Of a stretch of DNA of 33,329 bases, positions 10,966 through 24,300 are shown in pieces. Below the pieces are notes generated by a model that saw nothing but the letters and a program-made list of their open reading frames with translations, ran no database searches and was not told the origin of the DNA. Source of the stretch: Utricularia gibba (lineage: Eukaryota > Plantae > Magnoliophyta); NCBI GenBank assembly GCA_002189035.1, contig NEEC01000216.1:1-33329 (forward strand), written 5' to 3'. The translations under genes were made by a program, and so were the position numbers. Each line of letters starts with the position of its first letter. The stretch's first letter is position 1.

Positions 10966-12518
10966 CTACTCGACGAAAATCGTGATGCAGTTATTGAAGT
11001 TAGGATTTCATGAGCACCCAAAATGGTTTTCTAACCGCATGCTTTATATTTGAGGAGGCGCTCTCGTGGGGCAACGGTATCGAGCAGGAGGTCGAGTCGA
11101 GCTCGGGCCCATAGTCATTTGTAGCTCGGCAAAAAACTTGATGCATTAATTAACGTTGGGTTTTAATAGGCGCCTACATGTTTTCTCAAGGAAAAGCTTG
11201 TCGTTTTGGGCGGGTGATGTCGTTGTGAACTTCGTTCTGACCCAAGTTCGGTCTGACTCCTTTGCCACATCGGTCCTACTCGACGAAAATCGTGATGCAG
11301 TTATTGAAGTTAGGATATCATGAGCACCCAAAATGGTTTTCTCAACCGCATGCTTTATATTTGATAAGGCGCTCTCGTGGTCAACGGTATCGAGCAGGAG
11401 GTCGAGTCGAGCTCGGCCCAGAGTCATTTGTAGCCCGAAAAAATTGATGCATTTATTAACGTTCGGCTATAGGCTGCCTACATAGTTTCTCAAGGAAAAG
11501 CTTGTCGTTTCTGCGCGGGTGATGTCGTTGGGAACTTCGTTCGGACCCAAGGTTCTGTCTGACTCCTTTGCCACATCGGGTCCTACTCGACGAAAATCGT
11601 GATGCAGTTATTGAAGTTAGGATGTCATGAGCACCCAAAATGGTTTTCTCAACCGCATGCTTTATATTTGAGGAGGCGCTCTCGTGGGGCAACGGTATCG
11701 AGCAGGAGGTCGAGTCGAGCTCGGCCCATAGTCATTTGTAGCTCGGCAAAAAACTTGATGCATTAATTAACGTTGGGTTTTAATAGGCCTACATTGTTTT
11801 CTCAAGGAAAAGCTTGTCGTTTTTGGCGGGTGATTTCGTTGTGAACTTCGTTCTGACCCAAGGTTCGGTCTGACTCCTTTGCCACATCGGGTCCTACTCG
11901 ACGAAAATCGTGATGCAGTTATTGAAGTTAGCATGTCAGGAGCACCCAAAATGGTTTTCTCAACCGCATGCTTTATATTTGATAAGGCGCTCTCGTGGGG
12001 CAACGGTATCGAGTAGGAGGTCGAGTCGAGCTCGGGCCCATAGTCATTTGTAGCTCGGCAAAAAACTTGATGCATTTATTAACGTTGGTTTTAATAGGCT
12101 GCCTACATGTTTTCTCAAGGAAAAGCTTGTCGTTTTTGGGCGGGTGATGTTCGTTGTGAACTTCGTTCTGACCAAGGTTCGGTCTGACTCCTTTGCCACA
12201 TCGGGTCCTACTCGACGAAAATCGTGATGCAGTTATTGAAGTTAGGATGTCATGAGCACCCAAAATGGTTTTCTCAACCGCATGCTTTATATTTGATAAG
12301 GCGCTCTCGTGGGGCAACGGTATCGAGTAGGAGGTCGAGTCGAGCTCGGGCCCATAGTCATTTGTAGCTCGGCAAAAAACTTGATGCATTTATTAACGGT
12401 TGGTTTTAATAGGCTGCCTATGTTTCTCAAGGAAAAGCTTGTCGTTTTTGGGCGGGTGATGTCGTTGTGAACTTCGTTCTGACCAAGGTTCGGTCTGACT
12501 CCTTTGCCACATCGGGTC

Positions 12519-15500
12519 CTACTCGACGAAAATCGTGATGCAGTTATTGAAGTTAGGATGTCATGAGCACCCAAAATGGTTTTCTCAACCGCATGCTTTA
12601 TATTTGAGGAGGCGCTCTCGTGGGGCAACGGTATCGAGCAGGAGGTCGAGTCGAGCTCGGCCCAGAGTCATTTGTAGCCCGACAAAAATTGATGCATTTA
12701 TTAACGTTCGGTTATTAGGCTGCCTACATAGTTTCTCAAGGAAAAGCTTGTCGTTTCTGGCGGGTGATGTCGTTGGGAATTCGTTCGGACCCAAGGTTCT
12801 GTCTGACTCCTTTGCCACATCGGGTCCTACTCGACGAAAATCGTGATGCAGTTATTGAAGTTAGGATGTCATGAGCACCCAAAATGGTTTTCTCAACGCA
12901 TGCTTTATATTTGAGGAGGCGCTCTCGTGGGCAACGGTATCGAGCAGGAGGTCGAGTCGAGCTCGGGCCCATAGTCATTTGTAGCTCGGCAAAAAACTTG
13001 ATGCATTAATTAACGTTGGGTTTTAATAGAACGCCTACATTGTTTTCTCAAGGAAAAGCTTGTCGTTTTTGGGCGGGTGATTTCGTTGTGAACTTCGTTC
13101 TGACCCAAGGTTCGGTCTGACTCCTTTGCCACATCGGGTCCTACTCGACGAAAATCGTGATGCAGTTATTGAAGTTAGGATGTCATGAGCACCCAAAATG
13201 GTTTTCTCAACCGCATGCTTTATATTTGATAAGGTGCTCTCGTGGGGCAACGGTATCGAGTAGGAGGTCGAGTCGAGCTCGGGCCCATAGTCATTTGTAG
13301 CTCGGCAAAAAACTTGATGCATTTATTAACGGTTGGTTTTAATAGGCTGCCTAAATGGTTTTCTCAAGGAAAAGCTTGTCGTTTTTGGGCGGGTGATGTC
13401 GTTGTGAACTTCGTTGTGACCAAGGTTCGGTCTGACTCCTTTGCCACATCGGGTCCTACTCGACGAAAATCGTGATGCAGTTATTGAAGTTAGGATGTCA
13501 TGAGCACCCAAAATGGTTTTCTCAACCGCATGCTTTATATTTGAGGAGGCGCTCTCGTGGGGCAACGGTATCGAGCAGGAGGTCGAGTCGAGCTCGGGCC
13601 CAGAGTCATTTGTAGCCCGACAAAAATATTGATGCATTTATTAACGTTCGGCGCTATTAGGCTGCCTACATAGTTTCTCAAGGAAAAGCTTGTCGTTTCT
13701 GCGCGGGTGATGTCGTTGGAACTTCGTTCGGACCCAAGGTTCTGTCTGACTCCTTTGCCACATCGGGTCCTACTCGACGAAAATCGTGATGCAGTTATTG
13801 AAGTTAGGATGTCATGAGCACCCAAAATGGTTTTCTCAACCGCATGCTTTATATTTGAGGAGGCGCTCTCGTGGGGCAACGGTATCGAGCAGGAGGTCGA
13901 GTCGAGCTCGGGCCCATAGTCATTTGTAGCTCGGCAAAAAACTTGATGCATTTATTAACGGTTGGTTTTAATAGGCGCCTAATGGTTTTCTCATGGAAAA
14001 GCTTGTCGTTTTGGGCGGGTGATGTCGTTGTGAACTTCGTTCTGACCCAAGGTTCGGTCTGTCTCCTTTGCCAATCTGGTCCTACTCGACGAAAATCGTG
14101 ATGCAGTTATTGAAGTTAGGATTTCATGAGCACCCAAAATGGTTTTCTCAACCGCATGCTTTATATTTGAGGAGGCGCTCTCGTGGGGCAACGGTATCGA
14201 GCAGGAGGTCGAGTCGAGCTCGGGCCCATAGTCATTTGTAGCTCGGCAAAAAAACTTGATGCATTATTAACGTTGGGTTTTAATAGGCCCTACATTGTTT
14301 TCTCAAGGAAAAGCTTGTCGTTTTTGGGCGGTGATGTCGTTGTGAACTTCGTTCTGACCCAAGTTCGGTCTGACTCCTTTGCCACATCGGGTCCTACTCG
14401 ACGAAAATCGTGATGCAGTTATTGAAGTTAGGATTCATGAGCACCCAAAATGGTTTTCTCAACCGCATGCTTTATATTTGATAAGGCGCTCTCGTGGGGC
14501 AACGGTATCGAGCAGGAGGTCGAGTCGAGCTCGGCCCAGAGTCATTTGTAGCCCGACAAAAATATTGATGCATTTATTAACGTTCGGCTATTAGGCTGCC
14601 TACATAGTTTCTCAAGGAAAAGCTTGTCGTTTCTGGCGGGTGATGTCGTTGGAACTTCGTTCGGACCCAAGGTTCGTCTGACTCCTTTGCCACATCGGGT
14701 CCTACTCGACGAAAATCGTGATGCAGTTATTGAAGTTAGGATGTCATGAGCACCCAAAATGGTTTTCTCAACCGCATGCTTTATATTTGAGGAGGCGCTC
14801 TCGTGGGGCAACGGTATCGAGTAGGAGGTCGAGTCGAGCTCGGGCCCATAGTCATTTGTAGCTCGGCAAAAAACTTGATGCATTATTAACGTTGGTTTTA
14901 ATAGGCGCCTACATGGTTTTCTCAAGGAAAAGCTTGTCGTTTTTGGGCGGGTGATTCGTTGTGAACTTCGTTCTGACCCAAGGTTCGGTCTGACTCCTTT
15001 GCCACATCGGGTCCTACTCGACGAAAATCGTGATGCAGTTATTGAAGTTAGGATTCATGAGCACCCAAAATGGTTTTCTCAACCGCATGCTTTATATTTG
15101 ATAAGGTGCTCTCGTGGGGCAACGGTATCGAGTAGGAGGTCGAGTCGAGCTCGGGCCCATAGTCATTTGTAGCTCGGCAAAAAACTTGATGCATTTATTA
15201 ACGTTGGGTTTTAATAGGCGCCTACATTGTTTTCTCAAGGAAAAGCTTGTCGTTTTTGGGCGGGTGATGTCGTTGTGAACTTCGTTCTGACCCAAGTTCG
15301 GTCTGACTCCTTTGCCACATCGGGTCCTACTCGACGAAAATCGTGATGCAGTTATTGAAGTTAGGATGTCATGAGCACCCAAAATGGTTTTCTCAACCGC
15401 ATGCTTTATATTTGAGGAGGCGCTCTCGTGGGGCAACGGTATCGAGCAGGAGGTCGAGTCGAGCTCGGGCCCAGAGTCATTTGTAGCCCGACAAAAATTG

Positions 15501-18316
15501 ATGCATTTATTAACGTTCGGCTTTATAGGCTGCCTACATAGTTTCTCAAGAAAAGCTTGTCGTTTCTGCGCGGGTGATGTCGTTGGGAACTTCGTTCGGA
15601 CCCAAGGTTCTGTCTGACTCCTTTGCCACATCGGGTCCTACTCGACGAAAATCGTGATGCAGTTATTGAAGTTAGGATGTCATGAGCACCCAAAATGGTT
15701 TTCTCAACCGCATGCTTTATATTTGAGGAGGCGCTCTCGTGGGGCAACGGTATCGAGCAGGAGGTCGAGTCGAGCTCGGGCCCATAGTCATTTGTAGCTC
15801 GGCAAAAAACTTGATGCATTTATTAACGGGTTTTTAATAGCGCCTACATTGTTTTCTCAGGAAAAGCTTGTCGTTTTGGGCGGGTGATTCGTTTGAACTT
15901 CGTTCTGACCCAAGTTCGGTCTGACTCCTTTGCCACATCGGGTCCTACTCGACGAAAATCGTGATGCAGTTATTGAAGTTAGGATTCAGAGCACCCAAAA
16001 TGGTTTTCTCAACCATGCTTTATATTTGATAAGGTGCTCTCGTGGGGCAACGGTATCGAGCAGGAGGTCGAGTCGAGCTCGGCCCATAGTCATTTGTAGC
16101 TCGGCAAAAAATTGATGCATTTATTAACGTTGGTTTTAATTAGGCTGCCTAATGGTTTTCTCAAGGAAAAGCTTGTCGTTTTGGGCGGGTGTGTCGTTTG
16201 TGAACTTCGTTCTGACCAAGGTTCGGTCTGACTCCTTTGCCACATCGGGTCCTACTCGACGAAAATCGTGATGCAGTTATTGAAGTTAGGATGTCATGAG
16301 CACCCAAATGGTTTTCTCAACCGCATGCTTTATATTTGAGGAGGCGCTCTCGTGGGGCAACGGTATCGAGCAGGAGGTCGAGTCGAGCTCGGGCCCAGAG
16401 TCATTTGTAGCCCGACAAAAAATATTGATGCATTTATTAACGTTCGGCGCTATAGGCTGCCTACATAGTTTCTCAAGGAAAAGCTTCGTTTTCTGCGCGG
16501 GTGATGTCGTTGGGAACTTCGTTCGACCCAAGGTTCTGTCTGACTCCTTTGCCACATCGGGTCCTACTCGACGAAAATCGTGATGCAGTTATTGAAGTTA
16601 GGATGTCATGAGCACCCAAAATGGTTTTCTCAACCGCATGCTTTATATTTGAGGAGGCGCTCTCGTGGGCAACGGTATCGAGCAGGAGGTCGAGTCGAGC
16701 TCGGGCCCATAGTCATTTGTAGCTCGGCAAAAAAACTTGATGCATTTATTAACGGTTGGTTTTAATAGGCCGCCTACATTTTTCTCAGGAAAAGCTTGTC
16801 GTTTTGGGGGGTGATGTCGTTGTGAACTTCGTTTTGACCCAAGGTTCGGTCTGTCCTTTGCCACATCGGTCCTACTCGACGAAAATCGTGATGCAGTTAT
16901 TGAAGTTAGGATTTCATGAGCACCCAAAATGGTTTTTCTCAACCGCATGCTTTATATTTGAGGAGGCGCTCTCGTGGGGCAACGGTATCGAGCAGGAGGT
17001 CGAGTCGAGCTCGGGCCCATAGTCATTTGTAGCTCGGCAAAAAACTTGATGCATTAATTAACGTTGGTTTTAATAGAACGCCTACATTGTTTTCTCAAGG
17101 AAAAGCTTGTCGTTTTGGGCGGGTGATTTCGTTGTGAACTTCGTTCTGACCAACGTTCGGTCTGACTCCTTTGCCACATCGGGTCCTACTCGACGAAAAT
17201 CGTGATGCAGTTATTGAAGTTAGCATTCATGAGCACCCAAAATGGTTTTCTCAACCGCATGCTTTATTTGATAAGGCGCTCTCGTGGGCAACGGTATCGA
17301 GCAGGAGGTCGAGTCGAGCTCGGCCCAGAGTCATTTGTAGCCCGCAAAAAATTGATGCATTTATTAACGTTCGGCTTTATTAGGCTGCCTACATAGTTTC
17401 TCAAGGAAAAGCTTGTCGTTTCTGCGCGGTGATGTCGTTGGAACTTCGTTCGGACCCAAGGTTCTGTCTGACTCCTTTGCCACATCGGGTCCTACTCGAC
17501 GAAAATCGTGATGCAGTTATTGAAGTTAGGATCATGAGCACCCAAAATGGTTTTCTCAACCGCATGCTTTATATTTGAGGAGGCGCTCTCGTGGGGCAAC
17601 GGTATCGAGCAGGAGGTCGAGTCGAGCTCGGCCCATAGTCATTTGTAGCTCGGCAAAAAAACTTGATGCATTTATTAACGTTGGGTTTTAATAGAACTGC
17701 CTACATGTTTTCTCAAGGAAAAGCTTGTCGTTTTTGGCGGGTGATTTCGTTGTGAACTTCGTTCTGACCCAAGTTCGGTCTGACTCCTTTGCCACATCGG
17801 GTCCTACTCGACGAAAATCGTGATGCAGTTATTGAAGTTAGGATGTCATGAGCACCCAAAATGGTTTTCTCAACCGCATGCTTTATATTTGATAAGGTGC
17901 TCTCGTGGGGCAACGGTATCGAGTAGGAGGTCGAGTCGAGCTCGGGCCCATAGTCATTTGTAGCTTCGTTCTGACCAAGGTTCGGTCTGACTCCTTTGCC
18001 ACATCGGGTCCTACTCGACGAAAATCGTGATGCAGTTATTGAAGTTAGGATGTCATGAGCACCCAAAATGGTTTTCTCACCGCATGCTTTATATTTGAGG
18101 AGGCGCTCTCGTGGGGCAACGGTATCGAGCAGGAGGTCGAGTCGAGCGGGCCCAGAGTCATTTGTAGCCCGCAAAAATTGATGCATTTATTAACGTTGGT
18201 TATTAGGCTGCCTACATAGTTTCTCAAGGAAAAGCTTGTCGTTTCTGGCGGGTGATGTCGTTGGGAACTTCGTTCGGACCCAAGGTTCTGTCTGACTCCT
18301 TTGCCACATCGGGTCC
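12519..18316. repeat. 3-monomer higher-order periodicity (~935 bp)
   Basis: Class-B blocks start at about 12661, 13600, 14535, 15470, 16395, 17325 and 18150, i.e. every third monomer. The last interval is shortened by the ~105-bp deletion. Confidence 0.85.
17790..18000 (+). other. Truncated monomer with ~105-bp internal deletion (junction at 17965/17966)
   Basis: TAGTCATTTGTAGCT is joined directly to TCGTTCTGACC. Anchor spacing is ~207 bp (17804 to 18011) instead of ~312. Both breakpoints end in CT (TAGCT / GAACT). Confidence 0.9.
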
Positions 18317-21300
18317 TACTCGACGAAAATCGTGATGCAGTTATTGAAGTTAGGATGTCATGAGCACCCAAAATGGTTTTCTCAACCGCATGCTTTATAT
18401 TTGAGGAGGCGCTCTCGTGGGGCAACGGTATCGAGCAGGAGGTCGAGTCGAGCTCGGGCCCATAGTCATTTGTAGCTCGGCAAAAAATTGATGCATTATT
18501 AACGTTGGTTTAATAGGCTGCCTAATGGTTTTCTCAAGGAAAAGCTTGTCGTTTTTGGGCGGGTGATGTCGTTGTGAACTTCGTTCTGACCCAAGGTTCG
18601 GTCTGTCTCCTTTGCCAAATCTGGTCCTACTCGACGAAAATCGTGATGCAGTTATTGAAGTTAGGATTTCATGAGCACCAAAATGGTTTTCTCAACGCAT
18701 GCTTTATATTGAGGAGGCGCTCGTGGGCAACGGTATCGAGCAAAGGTCGAGTCGAGCTCGGCCCAGAGTCATTTTGTAGCCGGCAAAAAATTGATGCATT
18801 TATTAACGTTGGGTTTTAATAGGCTGCCTACATGGTTTCTCAAGGAAAAGCTTGTCGTTTCTGGGCGGGTGATGTCGTTGGAACTTCGTTCGACCAAGGT
18901 TCGGTCTGACTCCTTTGCCACATCGGGTCCTACTCGACGAAAATCGTGATGCAGTTATTGAAGTTAGGATGTCATGAGCACCCAAATGGTTTTCTCAACC
19001 GCATGCTTTATATTTGAGGAGGCGCTCTCGTGGGGCAACGGTATCGAGCAGGAGGTCGAGTCGAGCTCGGCCCATAGTCATTTGTAGCTCGGCAAAAAAC
19101 TTGATGCATTAATTAACGTTGGGTTTTAATAGGCGCCTACATTGTTTTCTCAAGGAAAAGCTTGTCGTTTTTGGGCGGGTGATTCGTTGTGAACTTCGTT
19201 CTGACCCAAGTTCGGTCTGACTCCTTTGCCACATCGGGTCTACTCGACGAAAATCGTGATGCAGTTATTGAAGTTAGGATGTCATGAGCACCCAAAATGG
19301 TTTTCTCAACCGCATGCTTTATATTTGATAAGGCGCTCTCGTGGGGCAACGGTATCGAGCAGGAGGTCGAGTCGAGCTCGGGCCCATAGTCATTTGTAGC
19401 TCGGCAAAAAAATTGATGCATTTATTAACGTTGGTTTTAATAGGCTGCCTACATGGTTTTCTCAAGGAAAAGCTTGTCGTTTTTGGGCGGGTGATGTCGT
19501 TGTGAACTTCGTTCTGACCCAAGGTTCGGTCTGTCTCCTTTGCCACATCGGTCCTACTCGACGAAAATCGTGATGCAGTTATTGAAGTTAGGATTCATGA
19601 GCACCAAAATGGTTTTCTCAACCGCATGCTTTATATTTGAGGAGGCGCTCTCGTGGGGCAACGGTATCGAGCAGGAGGTCGAGTCGAGCTCGGGCCCAGA
19701 GTCATTTGTAGCCGGCAAAAAATTGATGCATTTATTAACGTTGGTTATTAGGCTGCCTACATAGTTTTCTCAAGGAAAAGCTTGTCGTTTCTGGCGGGTG
19801 ATGTCGTTGGGAACTTCGTTCGACCCAAGGTTCGTCTGACTCCTTTGCCACATCGGGTCCTACTCGACGAAAATCGTGATGCAGTTATTGAAGTTAGGAT
19901 GTCATGAGCACCCAAAATGGTTTTCTCAACCGCATGCTTTATATTTGAGGAGGCGCTCTCGTGGGGCAACGGTATCGAGCAGGAGGTCGAGTCGAGCTCG
20001 GGCCCAGAGTCATTTGTAGCCCGGCAAAAAATTGATGCATTTATTAACGTTCGGTATAGGCTGCCTAATAGTTTCTCAAGGAAAAGCTTGTCGTTTTGCG
20101 CGGTGATGTCGTTGGGAACTTCGTTCGGACCAAGGTTCGTCTGACTCCTTTGCCACATCGGGTCCTACTCGACGAAAATCGTGATGCAGTTATTGAAGTT
20201 AGGATGTCATGAGCACCCAAAATGGTTTTCTCAACCGCATGCTTTATATTTGAGGAGGCGCTCTCGTGGGGCAACGGTATCGAGCAGGAGGTCGAGTCGA
20301 GCTCGGGCCCATAGTCATTTGTAGCTCGGCAAAAAACTTGATGCATTTATTAACGTTGGTTTTAATAGGCTGCCTACATGGTTTTCTCAAGGAAAAGCTT
20401 GTCGTTTTGGGCGGGTGATGTCGTTGTGAACTTCGTTGACCCAAGGTTCGGTCTGTCCTTTGCCACATCGGGTCCTACTCGACGAAAATCGTGATGCAGT
20501 TATTGAAGTTAGGATTCATGAGCACCCAAAATGGTTTTCTCAACCGCATGCTTTATATTTGAGGAGGCGCTCTCGTGGGGCAACGGTATCGAGCAGGAGG
20601 TCGAGTCGAGCTCGGGCCATAGTCATTTGTAGCTCGGCAAAAAACTTGATGCATTTATTAACGTTGGGTTTTAATAGGCGCCTACATTGTTTTCTCAAGG
20701 AAAAGCTTGTCGTTTTTGGGCGGGATTTCGTTGTGAACTTCGTTCTGACCAAGTTCGGTCTGACTCCTTTGCCACATCGGGTCCTACTCGACGAAAATCG
20801 TGATGCAGTTATTGAAGTTAGGATTCATGAGCACCCAAAATGGTTTTCTCAACCGCATGCTTTATATTTGATAAGGCGCTCTCGTGGGCAACGGTATCGA
20901 GCAGGAGGTCGAGTCGAGCTCGGGCCCAGAGTCATTTGTAGCCGACAAAAATTGATGCATTTATTAACGTTCGGCTATTAGGCTGCCTACATAGTTTCTC
21001 AAGGAAAAGCTTGTCGTTTCTGCGCGGGTGATGTCGTTGGGAACTTCGTTCGGACCCAAGGTTCTGTCTGACTCCTTTGCCACATCGGGTCCTACTCGAC
21101 GAAAATCGTGATGCAGTTATTGAAGTTAGGATGTCATGAGCACCCAAAATGGTTTCTCAACCGCATGCTTTATATTTGAGGAGGCGCTCTCGTGGGGCAA
21201 CGGTATCGAGCAGGAGGTCGAGTCGAGCTCGGGCCCATAGTCATTTGTAGCTCGGCAAAAAACTTGATGCATTAATTAACGTTGGGTTTAATAGAACGCC

Positions 21301-24300
21301 TACATTGTTTTCTCAAGGAAAAGCTTGTCGTTTTGGGCGGGTGATTTCGTTGTGAACTTCGTTCTGACCCAAGTTCGGTCTGACTCCTTTGCCACATCGG
21401 GTCCTACTCGACGAAAATCGTGATGCAGTTATTGAAGTTAGGATTCAGGAGCACCCAAAATGGTTTTCTCAACCGCATGCTTTATTTGATAAGGTGCTCT
21501 CGTGGGGCAACGGTATCGAGTAGGAGGTCGAGTCGAGCTCGGGCCCATAGTCATTTGTAGCTCGGCAAAAAAACTTGATGCATTTATTAACGGTTGGTTT
21601 TAATAGGCTGCCTAGGTTTCTCAAGGAAAAGCTTGTCGTTTTGGGCGGGTGATGTCGTTGTGAACTTCGTTCTGACCCAAGGTTCGGTCTGTCCTTTGCC
21701 AAATCTGGTCCTACTCGACGAAAATCGTGATGCAGTTATTGAAGTTAGGATTTCATGAGCACCCAAAATGGTTTTCTCAACCGCATGCTTTATATTTGAG
21801 GAGGCGCTCTCGTGGGGCAACGGTATCGAGCAGGAGGTCGAGTCGAGCTCGGGCCCAGAGTCATTTGTAGCCCGACAAAAAATTGATGCATTTATTAACG
21901 TTGGTTTATTAGGCTGCCTACATGTTTTCTCAAGAAAAAGCTTGTCGTTTTGCGCGGGTGATGTCGTTGGGAACTTCGTTCTGACCCAAGGTTCGTCTGA
22001 CTCCTTTGCCACATCGGGTCCTACTCGACGAAAAATCGTGATGCAGTTATTGAAGTTAGGATGTCATGAGCACCCAAAATGGTTTTTCAACCGCATGCTT
22101 TATATTTGAGGAGGCGCTCTCGTGGGGCAACGGTATCGAGCAGGAGGTCGAGTCGAGCTCGGGCCATAGTCATTTGTAGCTCGGCAAAAAACTTGATGCA
22201 TTAATTAACGTTGGGTTTTAATAGGCTGCCTACATTGTTTCTCAAGGAAAAGCTTGTCGTTTTGGGCGGGTGATTTCGTTGTGAACTTCGTTCTGACCCA
22301 AGTTCGGTCTGACTCCTTTGCCACATCGGGTCCTACTCGACGAAAATCGTGATGCAGTTATTGAAGTTAGGATGTCATGAGCACCCAAAATGGTTTTCTC
22401 AACCGCATGCTTTATATTTGATAAGGTGCTCTCGTGGGGCAACGGTATCGAGTAGGAGGTCGAGTCGAGCTCGGGCCCATAGTCATTTGTAGCTCGGCAA
22501 AAAACTTGATGCATTTATTAACGTTGGTTTTAATAGGCTGCCTAAATTGTTTTCTCAAGGAAAAGCTTGTCGTTTTTGGGCGGGTGATGTCGTTGTGAAC
22601 TTCGTTCTGACCCAAGTTCGGTCTGTCTCCTTTGCCAAATCTGGTCCTACTCGACGAAAATCGTGATGCAGTTATTGAAGTTAGGATTTCATGAGCACCC
22701 AAAATGGTTTTCTCAACGCATGCTTTATATTTGAGGAGGCGCTCTCGTGGGGCAACGGTATCAGAGGTCGAGTCGAGCTCGGCCCAGAGTCATTTGTAGC
22801 CCGGCAAAAAATTGATGCATTTATTAACGTTGGTTTAATAGGCTGCCTACATGTTTCTCAAGGAAAAGCTTGTCGTTTCTGGCGGGTGATGTCTTTGGAA
22901 CTTCGTTCTCCCAAGGTTCGGTCTGACTCCTTTGCCACATCGGGTCCTACTCGACGAAAATCGTGATGCAGTTATTGAAGTTAGGATTTCATGAGCACCC
23001 AAAATGCTTTTTCAACGCATGCTTTATATTTGAGGAGGCGCTCTCGTGGGGCACGGTATCGAAAAGGTCGAGTCGGGCTCGCTCCCAGAGTCATTTTTAG
23101 CCTCAAAAAATTGATGCATTTATTAACGTTGGGTTTTAATAGGCTGCCTACATGGTTTCTCAAGGAAAAGCTTGTCGTTTTGGGCGGGTGATGTCTTTGG
23201 AACTTCGTTCTGACCAAGGTTCGGTCTGACTCCTTTGCCACATCGGGTCCTACTCGACGAAAATCGTGATGCAGTTATTGAAGTTAGGATGTCATGAGCA
23301 CCCAAAATGGTTTTCTCAACCGCATGCTTTATATTTGAGGAGGCGCTCTCGTGGGGCAACGGTATCGAGCAGGAGGTCGAGTCGAGCTCGGGCCCATAGT
23401 CATTTGTAGCTCGGCAAAAAACTTGATGCATTAATTAACGTTGGTTTTAATAGAACGCCTACATTTTTTTCTCAAGGAAAAGCTTGTCGTTTTTGGCGGG
23501 TGATTTCGTTGTGAACTTCGTTCTGACCCAAGTTCGGTCTGACTCCTTTGCCACATCGGGTCCTACTCGACGAAAATCGTGATGCAGTTATTGAAGTTAG
23601 CATGTCAGGAGCACCCAAAATGGTTTTCTCAACCGCATGCTTTATATTTGATAAGGTGCTCTCGTGGGGCAACGGTATCGAGTAGGAGGTCGAGTCGAGC
23701 TCGGGCCCATAGTCATTTGTAGCTCGGCAAAAAATTGATGCATTTATTAACGTTGGTTTTAATAGGCTGCCTAAATGGTTTTCTCAAGGAAAAGCTTGTC
23801 GTTTGGCGGGTGATGTCGTTGTGAACTTCGTTCTGACCCAAGGTTCGGTCTGTCTCCTTTGCAATCTGGTCCTACTCGACGAAAATCGTGATGCAGTTAT
23901 TGAAGTTAGGATTTCATGAGCACCCAAAATGGTTTTCTCAACGCATGCTTTATATTTGAGGAGGCTCTCTCGTGGGGCAACGGTATCGAGCAGGAGGTCG
24001 AGTCGAGCTCGGCCCAGAGTCATTTGTAGCCCGGCAAAAAATTGATGCATTTATTAACGTTCGGCTTTATTAGGCTGCCTACATAGTTTCTCAAGGAAAA
24101 GCTTGTCGTTTTGGGCGGGTGATGTCTTTTGGAACTTCGTTCTGACCATAGGTTCGGTCTGACTCCTTTGCCACATCGGGTCCTACTCGACGAAAATCGT
24201 GATGCAGTTATTGAAGTTAGGATATCATGAGCACCCAAAATGGTTTTCTCAACCGCATGCTTTATATTTGATAAGGCTCTCGTGGGCAACGGTATCGAGC

